DNA of 64,000 bases. It comes from the human T2T-CHM13v2.0 reference genome, Homo sapiens. A program made the position numbers and the translations under genes. The stretch is taken from the NCBI RefSeq assembly GCF_009914755.1, contig NC_060931.1; one strand, written 5' to 3'. Every line of letters starts with the position of its first letter. The stretch's first letter is position 1. The notes below the pieces were generated by a model, which saw only the letters and a list, made by a program, of their open reading frames with translations, did not search any database and was not told the DNA's origin. Shown here piece by piece: positions 15,174-25,606 of this stretch.

Positions 15174-16549
15174 AGATTGTGTCACTTTTAATGGTAGCTC
15201 ATTATCCACTTTAGTCTCTTTTATCTCTCTCAGGGTTCATTCAGGTTTCCCCATAGCTTTGGTTACAAAATATATAAATGGCTTTAATCTCTTGAGGGTG
15301 TAAATATAAATTATAATCTTCTACTTAATATCTTTATTTGAAGTGCTGTATCTGCAATTTATAGTGTAACAAAGTAAAATTTTGTTGCTCTTTCTTGAAT
15401 TTGCCTCTTCAATAGAATTTTGTTAGCCACTGTTTTGAATTAGGTTTCTTTTTTAACTTGGACCCTCAAACTGTAGAACTCCTAAAGACCTTTCAAGATC
15501 CAACTCTGTCACTTATTCACTATTCAATTAATTCGTTATTACATTTGATTACTCAACTACTCAGCCCTCATATTAAACTCTTAACAGGAATATAAGGTAA
15601 CATAGGAAACACAGTAGTAAACCAAATAGATACATTTCCCTGGCTTTACAGAGATTTGGTGAAGTCTTCCTTATTTTAAATGAATGAGTTCGTCTCTCCT
15701 TAAGATCTTCATGAAATATTGTGCAGGTACATAATGTAGCAATTATCACTTTGTTTTTATTTATATGGTTATTTTAATGGCTTCCATAGATCAGCCAGGC
15801 TCTCTTAAAAAGACTAGTTTTGTATAGGTGTCTCTGAACAGGTGTGCAGGTATTGTCGCTTTTATTTTTTCTGTAGTAGATTGAATCTCATAGTTATTTC
15901 ATTAATATTTGTTGTTCCCTGAGTAAAGTAAATGTGGAGTCTGAGGGGACAAGGTAAAATTATGGATCCGAATGTTTAAGAATATGTGCTCTGAGAAATT
16001 ATATTTCCATAGGCTGGTTCCCCTTGTAAAGAGTGGCCCTTTTCTGAATTTGGTAAAACGGTTTCATAATTCTGTTCAATATATAAGGAGTGGTAAAAAG
16101 AAAATTAAAACCGTCAAATAATTTTCTTTTACTTAGGGTTACTAAGTTACAATTTTTTGGTCAAAATATTGTGGACAACAAATGATACATCCCTTAACTC
16201 AATTCCTTAAAAATGTCTCATTATTTTTACTTTTCGGTACAGTCTGAGAAAAAAAAATTGAACTACATTTAGTTTAACTCTAGAATATAATAAAAAGAAT
16301 TAGCTTCAGGCTATAGAGACACAACCACAACTAAGAAATTGCCTTAGAACACAGATTAAAGAGAAAGTTCTTATTGGGGCATATTCAACATAGTGATTTG
16401 GAGAGAAGAGTCAGAGACAAAGACAATGATAGGCCTTGCAGTAATAGTTATTGAAAAAAATGTCAATAAAATACACCTATTACATCGAAAGATGTTGAGT
16501 CTATCTGTAACTCAGACTTCCCATCTTTGATATGGTAGATGCAACTCAC

Positions 16550-16646
16550 CCAATTGCAGGCTCGCTAATATAACACTTCATGATAGTTAATAAAATATTC
16601 ATTAAATGTTTTAATGATTTTAATCTTCTCTGCTTTCTACCCTTTT
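16550..16646 (-). other. Candidate exon (97 nt)
   Basis: Minus strand reads tttcgcttaattctcatAG|AAAAGGG...CAATTGG|GTGAGT. Unique sequence. Confidence 0.4.
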
Positions 16647-16971
16647 CTATGAGAATTAAGCGAAAGCCAGACTGTACTGCAACACTTTTCTGGAAACTTC
16701 CTTCTAATTGCCCATACCCAAATAGCAAAATGTTTCAAATCAAAATATAGTGAAATCCTTGATTATTAAGCTATTAAATTATTGAATTATATGTATCACA
16801 TCTCAATTGAGTAAATATTCATGTTTTGCAATCAAATTGTTCTATACCAAACAGGCACAGATATAGCTATGTAATCTGCTTATATGACTATGCTGGCATG
16901 TATTTAATAGCCTTTGGAGGAAAAACATGTAAAATTGAATGATTTTAAAATAAGTTAATTTTGCTCATTAA

Positions 16972-17224
16972 TTTTTTTTTTTTTTTTTTTTGAGATGGAG
17001 TTTCGCTTTTGTTGCCCAGGATGGAGTGCAATGGCGTGATCTTGGCTCACCGCAACCTCCACTTCCTGGGAATGCGTCACCACACCCGGCTAATTTTGTA
17101 TTTCAAGTAGAGGCAGTGTTTCTCCATGTTGGTCAGGCTGGTCTGGAACTCCCAACCACAGATGATACACCTGACTTAGCCTCCCAAAGGGTTGGGATTA
17201 CAGGCATGAGTCACCGCACCTGGC
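16972..17224 (-). mobile_element. AluSp with an internal deletion of about 48 bp
   Basis: Sp diagnostics (ctccatgttggtcagg, ctcaccgcaacc). The right arm jumps from cctggga to atgcg. Confidence 0.9.
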
Positions 17225-17625
17225 TTCATTAAAAATTTTTGTGGAAGTTTTGTTTCCTTTTCAAACACTTAATCCCTGAAGTCACAGCAAGCAAAATAGA
17301 ACATGAGTGGTAGTAAATGTATAATCATGGGATGCTAGGTACTTGTGGCATAAATAGGTTGTATTATATCTAGTGGACCTGTCTCAGTTTTCTTTGCTGA
17401 ATCCTAAGTTAGAACATTATTTTCCTCTCTCAACATGAAAAAGTAGAAGAAAAAATATACAAGGAAGGGAGAATGAGAGGAAATAAAGAGGAGAAGAGGA
17501 AGGCCAAGTGCTTCTTCCTTATAGCAGATCTTTAAGACTTTACAGCCTCTTGAGTCTTTTTTTGTCTAATTTTTAAATTTTCTTTACCTTCTCATTACAT
17601 TCCGAGTCTCTTCATATTCTGTTAA

Positions 17626-17810
17626 TTTATTTCTTTCTTTCCTTCTCTCTCTCTCCTCTTTCTGTCTCTCTCCCTTTCCTTCCTTCCTTTCTCTTTCTTT
17701 TCTTTTTCTTTCTTTCTCTCTCCCTTTCTTTCTTTTTTTCTTTCTTTCTTCTTTCTTTTTTCCTTTCTTTCTTCTTTCCTTTCTTTCTTCCTTCTTCTTT
17801 CTTTTTTTTC
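17626..17810. repeat. CT-rich polypyrimidine low-complexity tract
   Basis: About 180 nt of almost only C/T, with (TTTC)n-like units. Confidence 0.95.
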
Positions 17811-17923
17811 AAAGACAAATCCTCACTATGTTGCCCGTGCTGGTCTTGAACTCCTGAGCTCAGGTGATCCTCTGCCTCAACCTCCCTGGTAGCCAGGCCT
17901 ACAGGGGAATGTCACCATGCCTC
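17811..17923 (-). mobile_element. FLAM / Alu monomer
   Basis: 'cctcactatgttgcccgtgctggtcttgaactcctgagctcagg'. Confidence 0.8.
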
Positions 17924-17967
17924 CCTATATTTTCATGAAGTTATTTCAATAGTCCAAATTTCTCTTA

Positions 17968-18183
<216 letters not shown>

Positions 18184-18261
18184 CTATAACTAAACAAAAT
18201 ATTTGAGGAATGAATCTATCTTTAAAACTTTTGAATCTTCTTTATTGTCTCCACATATGTT

Positions 18262-19930
18262 TCTTCTATAAAATTTAAGCAGTGCAAGTGCACTTTTGTT
18301 ACATGGATATAGTGTGCAGTGGTGAAGTCTGGGATTTTATCACCAGAATAATGTACATTGTACTCACTAAATAATTTTTCATCCCTCAACCCTCTCTTAC
18401 TCTCCCACCCTTCTGAGTCTCCAGTGTCTATTATCACACACTCTATGTCCATGCTCTCACTTCTAAGTGAGAATATGTGGTATTTGACTTTCAGTTTCTG
18501 AGTTGTTTCACTTAAGACAATGGCCTCCGGTTCTATCCATGTTGCTGCAACAGACATGATTTCTTTTTTTATTTTTTATTTTATTTATTTATTTATTTAT
18601 TTATTTTGTGGCTGGGTAGTATTCCATGGTGACTGTATGTGTGTGTGTCACATTTTCTTTACCCAATCATTATTGGACACTTAGGTTGAGTCTGTATATT
18701 TGCTATTTTGAATAGTGCTACAATAAACATAGAAGTGCAGGTATCGTTTTTATATAATGATTTCTGTTCCTTTGTTAGATACCTAGTAGTTGGATTGCTG
18801 GATCAAATGGTAGTTCCATTTTTAGTTCTTTGGGAAATCTCCATACTGTTTTCCACAGAGGTTGTACTAATTTACATTCCCACTAATGGGGCATAAACAT
18901 TTCCTTTTTTCTGAATCCTTGCCAATATCTGGTGTCAGATGATATCTCATTGAGGTTTTAATTTGCATTTCTTTGAGGATTAGCAATACTAAGCATTTTT
19001 TCATAGCTTCTTGGCCATTTGCATGTCTTCTTTGGAAAAATGTCCATTCATGTCTTTTGCCCACATTATCTATTTTTTCCTTTTCTTTTTTTTCTTTTAG
19101 AAACAGGGTCTCACTTTGTTTTTCAGCCTAGCTGGGGCCACAGGCGCATGCCACCATGCCTAGCTAATGTTTTCATTTTTGTAGAGATGAGATGTCCCAA
19201 TGTTGCCCAGGCAGGCTTGTCTCCAACTCCTGAGCTCAAGGAATCTTTCTGCCTCAGCCCCACCAAGTGCTGAGAATACAGGGATGGGCCACCATGCTCA
19301 GCCTTGGCTACTTTTTAAAGGGTTTGTTTTTATTGTTGTTGTTGTTATGAGTTCCTTGTAAATTCTAGATATTAGTACCGTGTTGGATTCTTAGTTTACA
19401 AATATTTTCTCCCAGTCTTCAGGTTGTTTGTTCACTCTGTTAATTATTTATTTGGCTATGTGGAAGTTTTTCAGTTTAATTATGTCCCATTTTTCTGTTT
19501 TTGTTTTTGTTGCCTGTGATGTTGAAGTCTTAGTCAAAAATTCTTTGGCTAGATCAATTGTCCAGAGTTTTTCCTAGGTTTTCTTTTAGTATTTTTTACG
19601 GTTTCAGGTCTTACATTTAGGTCTTTTACCCAATTTGAGTTGATTTTTGTATGTGGTAAGAGATAGGGATCCAGTTTCATTCTTCTGCATATGGCAATTC
19701 AATTTTCCCAGCACCATTTATTGTAGAGGTATCCTTCTCCACTATATGTTATTGTTGATTTTATCAATGATCAGTTGGCTGTAGATATATAGCTTTATTT
19801 TGGGGTTTTTAAAATTCTGTTCCACTGAACTATTTGTCTATTTTTTATACCAGTAACATGCTTTTTTAATTATTATAGACTTGTAGTATAATCTGAGGTC
19901 AGGTAACGTGATGCCTCCACTTTTGTTCTT
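18262..19930 (-). mobile_element. L1PB/L1MA-type LINE-1 3' fragment
   Basis: Reverse L1 3'UTR and ORF2 3' end (peptides ATWIEPEAIVLSE and [14 protein letters not shown]). Confidence 0.9.
19073..19303 (-). mobile_element. AluJ with a right-arm deletion, inserted in L1
   Basis: Reverse Alu that jumps from tcactttgt to cagcctagctggg. Confidence 0.8.
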
Positions 19931-19944
19931 ATTATATCTCTCTC

Positions 19945-21230
19945 TCTTTTTTAATGTTGGAATTCTTCAAGAGTCTAACCTCGGTCTCTTCTTACACTAT
20001 TTTCTCTCCCTGGGAAATTATACCTATTTCATGATTACATTTGCACTAATTACAAATTCTATATCAATTGTACTGATATCATTCTTTCGCTCAAGACTTT
20101 GATTTCCAGTCATCTGAAGCTCAAACACTAAAAGTAAACTGAGCACATTGTATATCCTTTGAAGTATTTTCTCTTACTTTGAGGCAATTTCTCATAATAC
20201 GAATGTGATCAATATCTTACACTCTTCATACTTTTCATAATCTTGTGTAATGGACAACAATTTCTATTACTGGGCTACATCTGCCTTTCTCATTTACTCA
20301 TCCTCAGCCTATTAATGGAACCTCCTGATAGATGATCATGCCTTCACCACAACCGTCACATGCTGGAGTCACTCTTGTAAAGCTGCTTTTATAATATCAC
20401 AGCTGCCTTCTTCAAAATAGATTTTCCAATTAACAATCAATTTACAGTGAGGTTAGCAAAACTTTCAATTCTTTCCATAACATGTGGCCACAAACTATGG
20501 CTCCAACTTGATCTTAAACTACATAATAATAACATATTGCTGATATAATTGAAGTTACCATAAATGACTATTAGACACAGTATTTGTATATTTTATATAC
20601 ATTATATAGAGTATCTCAATAAAGCCTTTATAACAAACCTATTATATAGGTTTTACACTTGATATATTTTACAGTTGAAGCTTGGAGATGCTAAGAAATG
20701 CTCCTGTGGGTGAGAGGAATAGGCAAGATATGAATCAAAGTTTATGTCGCATCGTCTCCCAAAATGCATTTTAACCACTAGGCATAGTGTGCTTTAATTT
20801 GGAATTTATTGACATCTATTTTCTAATAAACTCAAGCTGAATCGTTTTCACCACTATCATGTTATTATTTCCATGCATTCTATAATTCAGCCTTTGTAAG
20901 CTGTAGTGTGAGCTTTAATAACTAGTTGCTTTTGCTCGTGATTTCTTTCACTTTAAGGACATTCTGACCACTGTTTCAGGCTTAACTCAAAGGCCAATTT
21001 CCTCATAAAGCTTTCTAAAATTAAACCAGTTGAAATTAATGTTCTTTCCTTTGGTTAGTAACTTTCCATTGCATGCTACCTTTGCCACGATTTATTGAAC
21101 AAAATGCATTCTACCTTTCAATATGCTATTTATTACATGCCTGGAAGAGATCAGATCTTCATTCTAGTGTCTAACAAATATTCTTTGACATAATATATGC
21201 TCAATAAATGCCTATTGAACAAATGTTAAA
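19945..21230 (+). mobile_element. L2 fragments (ORF2 to 3' end), interrupted by a minus-strand MIR at about 20520-20790
   Basis: L2 RT-like 'gagtctaacctcggtctcttc...ctccctggg' and L2 terminus 'gctcaataaatgcctattgaac'. Confidence 0.55.
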
Positions 21231-22158
21231 CAATTTTATTTACAACCAGTTACACAATAGGAAAAGCGTATTTCAGATAGAAATATTAGGTGACTTTTTA
21301 TTATTCAATACATAACGCAGACTTATGGGCCCTAAATGGAATACTGTAGCAATGTTAGATTTCTTTTAAAGGCAACCATCACTCAATATTCTGCAGTTCA
21401 GGAGCATGTCATCTCCATTCACACATTCGCTGCCTTGATGTCAAGGGAGAGGAATCTGAAGCACTTGTGTCTTTTGTGTTCCTTCTCCTTTCCTTAGCCT
21501 TGAGAACTGTAAAGTAACCAAATGGTAGAGGCTTCCCACAATGCCCAATTCTGCTAATTCAGTTACTAGAAAACATGTTGCCAGTGCCCAGTAGTTCACA
21601 TTCTTTTGGAAGCCATGCATTTGAATATTTACAAGATGACGAAAACATCTAAAATGTTGGCTACCCAGACCTAATTTATATTCACCATGCATAGCATAGA
21701 CACTGTGTCAAAATCAATTTGACAAATTGTAGAAAAAAATAAGTATGATAGCTTAAAAAGTCAAAATTTATTGATAAGCTGACACATTAAAATGTATTTT
21801 TCTTAAACATCCTCTTTTGTTTCCAAGGCTAAAGTAGCAGTGCAGGGTTTACATTGATACTATTTTTTTGAATTTAAAATGTTTAGAAATTGAAAAACAC
21901 AGTGACAGCAAAAAATGAAAGGCACCTTTCTATCTAAATGACACAATTGTGCTGACAAATGTTATAATACTAAGAAGCATTGTTTTTACGACCTTTGACT
22001 AATTGCTGTTCATTATTCTATTATCCTGTGAAATAGCCTAAAATCTCTCCCTTTCAATGGGAAATAAGTGGGCAATTTAAAAATGTACTAATGGAGTTCC
22101 TGCCATTTCTTCTTCGCAGCAAGAAGAAAGCCATGTGAAAGCCTATGCCAAATCTCAC

Positions 22159-22384
22159 TCTCCTGAACATGCTGCTGCAAAGAAACAGCAAATCAGAGCT
22201 CTCCCAGAAACAGAAACGCAGCTGCTAGTATTATGCTTGGCCAAGCCCCTCTTCTTTCTATTGCTATTTCCTACATCCAGTTTCCTTCTTCTGAATAGTG
22301 CTGGAAAATTAGCAGGGAGAGAGCATGTGCTGGATTTGGAGTATGTGCCTTCAGGGCTTGGAGCCATAGTCTTCAGGAGCCATG
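22159..22384 (-). other. Candidate exon (226 nt) containing a strong-Kozak short ORF
   Basis: Pyrimidine tract ttttcttctttctttgtcatttgt...acacAG| and donor AGA|GTGAGA. ACTATGG at 22367. Confidence 0.3.
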
Positions 22385-23229
22385 CTGTGTAGCCCATTAA
22401 ACAAATGACAAAGAAAGAAGAAAATAGTCCTTCTTAGCATAAATATCCAATGATTGATAGCAGTCTTGTTTGTTTATTCCTGCCCAGTGTGTTTGCCAGT
22501 CTACTCAAAGAGTCAAATCCTGTCTATAATACAAATCACAAGGAAAACATTTTCTATTCCACTTACTAGTTAAGTCATTCCTCTGAAGTATATTTTTTCT
22601 CTAGTATGCATAAAACAGTATCACCCTTGCTACGCTCAGCATTGCCCTATGCTTATTTTGATGCTTCAGTTGATTTTTGCTATTAAACCGCAATCTTCCC
22701 TGTCACTCTTATTTTCTTTTAATAGATTTTAATAAGTGGCATGATTTAGTAGTGTAAAGAAAGAGACATGTATGCCATCAGTTCAGAATTCAGTGACAAA
22801 ATCTTAATTTTTGTGGAAGACGGGAGTGTGTAAACCATGGAGGTTAAATATATGATGAAGAGAGAGAGAGTGAAACTCAATATGTATGGGATACTTTACT
22901 TTCTCCAAAAAGCAAAACCTGTTTAGCAAGCAATAGTCTACACAGCGGAACAGTGTCACCCATACAGTGTAGTAGCAGCAGAATTCTGTTCCTGTTCCCT
23001 TATTCTCTAATTCCCAGCACATTCAGTGGATTACATACTGTTTATGCATCATGCAGCCTCCCTGAGCCCTGTTTCTTTACAGTACTTACTCCTGCTGCTA
23101 AAAGGAAAATAAGCTCTGACAATCCTCTTTGGCTGCCAAAGCTGCTGCCTCTGAATGAATACATCCTGCTTCCAAGAGTCAAGCTGATCCCTGTGATCCC
23201 TGAATCCAACAGGAGTTCAAAAGAATTCT

Positions 23230-23480
23230 GCACGTCTCAAAGAGCAAAAATTGCTATTCCTTTAGGATTTAAACAGGAACCAGAGCTTCATCACGTGAGA
23301 GCTGATGCTATCATACCTCCAGACTTCAGGGCTGCTGCTGAACCAGCTCAAACTGCAGATGAACCGGAAGGCCCAATCTGCCTCTGACTCTGGCTTCCCT
23401 CCTGCGTGACACAGTTCAGTTCAGACACAATAATGAGGCCATTGAATTTCCCTCTGCAGCTGGGAGCTGACTATAAATGC
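23230..23480. promoter_or_regulatory. Candidate non-CpG-island promoter/enhancer
   Basis: TCACGTGA 23291-98, CAGATG 23356-61, ACCGGAAG 23363-70, CCAAT 23373-77, TGCGTG 23403-08, CAGCTG 23457-62, TATAAAT 23472-78. Minus-strand donors at 23316 and 23089. Confidence 0.45.
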
Positions 23481-24329
23481 AAAAGCTAAGTTGTTGAAAT
23501 AACTGTGTCAGGGGACTTGCAAATGAATATACTGTCATTCCAATGTAACCCAATTTACCCTGTGTTCATAGTGAATGGTTTTAGATGCTTAGTTTAAAGC
23601 CCTACTATGATGTTCTGCAAAAACATCTTTAGAACACCTTCCCAGAGGAAAATTGACAACTAAGATGACAGCTTAGAAAGAGATAAAAGGACCACATTTT
23701 TATGACACTTTTCCTAGAAAGACTTAAAGATGTTAAAAAGTGAATGATTTTACAATATTTATGAGATACGTGGTAAATATTCTTCAAGTTAAAAATAATA
23801 ATAAAATAATTCTTGTAGGGCATTATTATTCTATAATTCTCCTTTTAAATATAAAAGGAAGAAAGTGTCCCACTCTGAGCAAACAATAAATAAAATTCAG
23901 TTTTTATAAAGCTCGTATATCTGTTCATTTGAACAAACAGGTACCATTCTAGGAGGAGGGATCAAAATAAATGCAGCATGTAGAACTATCCTCCATAGAC
24001 TTGAAAGCCCCGTTCGAGTTATTTATTTTATATACTTTGATACATTAAAAAATTGTCAGAAACATGTATCTTGAGCTTGGTATTCATAAAATGGTTTTGC
24101 TAAGATATTTTAGAACCAGACTGTTAGTAGGCTTAAATATTTTAAATATAGTAAAATTATGTTTGTATAAGCATTCCATGATAGATGATGATGATCTGCA
24201 GTTGATTATGTCTTCCTCTGGGTAGTATCTGAGATCTATGTTATACAATGGTGTGAATATGTGATTGAATGAAGAAAGAAGATCATTAGCAAGGATTTTA
24301 TCACCTAGGTAAAAAATTTTAAAGCAGGG

Positions 24330-24640
24330 TGTCTTAGTTCATTTCTGCTACCAGAGGCTGGGGAATTTATAAACAGAAACTTATTTCTCTCAGTTCTGAA
24401 GGCCGTGAAGTCCACTATCAAGGCACTGTCAAGTTTGATGCCTGGTAAGGGCCTGGTCTCTGCTTCCAAGATGATGCCTTGAATGCTGCTTCCTCTGGAA
24501 GGGATGAACTCTGTGTCCTCACACGCAGAAGGAGTGTGACAGGTAAACTCACTCCCTCAAGCCCTTTTATAAGGCATTAATCCCATTCTAAGGGTGAGCC
24601 CTCATGGCCTAATTACCTCCTAAAAGGTCCCACTTTTTAA
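24330..24640 (-). mobile_element. MSTD/MLT1A1-like MaLR LTR, incomplete
   Basis: Starts tgtcttagttcattt and includes 'ctctgcttccaagatgatgccttg'. Stops at the MER44 insertion. Confidence 0.8.
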
Positions 24641-24642
24641 TA

Positions 24643-25219
24643 TAGTACAGTTGTCCATTGATGTATGCGGAGGATTTGTTCCTGGACCTCCTGCTTATAT
24701 CCATGCATACTCAAGTCCTGCAGTCAGCCCCGAGAAACCTGCATATATGAAGAGTTAGCCTTCTGTATATGTGGATCTCATATCCTGTGAATATTGTGTT
24801 TTCAGTCTGCATTTGTTTGAAAAATATCAGCATATAGGTGGACTCACACAGTTCAAACCTATGTTGTTCAAGGGTAAAATGTAGTTTCCCCCTTGTTCTT
24901 GAGGGTTACATTCCCAGACTCCAGTGGATGCCTGAAACCATAGATAGTACTAAACTCTCTATAAACTTTGTTTTTTTCTAAACATATATACCTATAATAA
25001 ACTTCAATTTAAAAATTAGGCACAGTAAGAGGTTAACAATAACTAATAATACAATAAAACAATTATAAAAATATACTGTAATAAAAGTCAGATGAATGTG
25101 GCCTCCCTCTCTCTCTCCCAATGTGTCTTATACTGTACTTACCCTTCTTCTTGTGATCTGTTGTTCTGACAACCAAGACAGCTACTAAGTGACTAATGGG
25201 CAGGTAGTGTATACAGTGT
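24643..25219 (+). mobile_element. MER44B-like (Tigger7-derived), split by MER8 and truncated
   Basis: TIR tagta|gtttccccc and body 'ccagtggatgcctgaaacc...aggcacagtaagag...gctactaagtgactaatgggcaggtag'. Confidence 0.85.
24648..24881 (+). mobile_element. MER8 (Tigger-type MITE)
   Basis: cagttgtcc...ttgttcaagggtaaaatg, about 234 bp, with TA on both sides. Confidence 0.88.
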
Positions 25220-25606
25220 CTGCCCAAACGGCTGCCCACTTTTGTGCTTGAAACCCAGGGTCCTGGAGGTGTAGGCACCTGAGGGAATCTCCTGGTCTGT
25301 GGTTTGCAAAGACCGTGGGAAAAGCATAGTATCTCAGTCACAATGCACTGTTCCTCACAGCACAGTCCCTCACGGCTTCCCTTGGCTAGGGGAGGGAGCT
25401 CCCTGACCCTTTGTGCTTCCCAGGTGAGGCAACGCCCCACCCTGCTTCCACTTGCCCTCTGTGGGCTTCACCCACTGTCTAACAAGTCTTAATGAGATGA
25501 GCCAGGTACCTCAGTTGGAAATGCAGAAATCACCCACCTTCTGCTTTGATCTTGCTGGGAGCTGCAGACCAGAACTGTTCCTATTCAGCCATCTTGCCAG
25601 CCACCC
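25214..25606 (-). mobile_element. L1PA7/L1PA8-like 5'UTR, first ~390 nt only
   Basis: L1 5' terminus gggtggctggcaagatggctgaataggaacag, including the YY1 motif. The rest of the element is absent. Confidence 0.88.

Noticed and set aside
17627-17818. Lys/Arg/Glu-rich ORFs, also at 42457-42675
   Set aside because: They are translations of GA-rich simple repeats.
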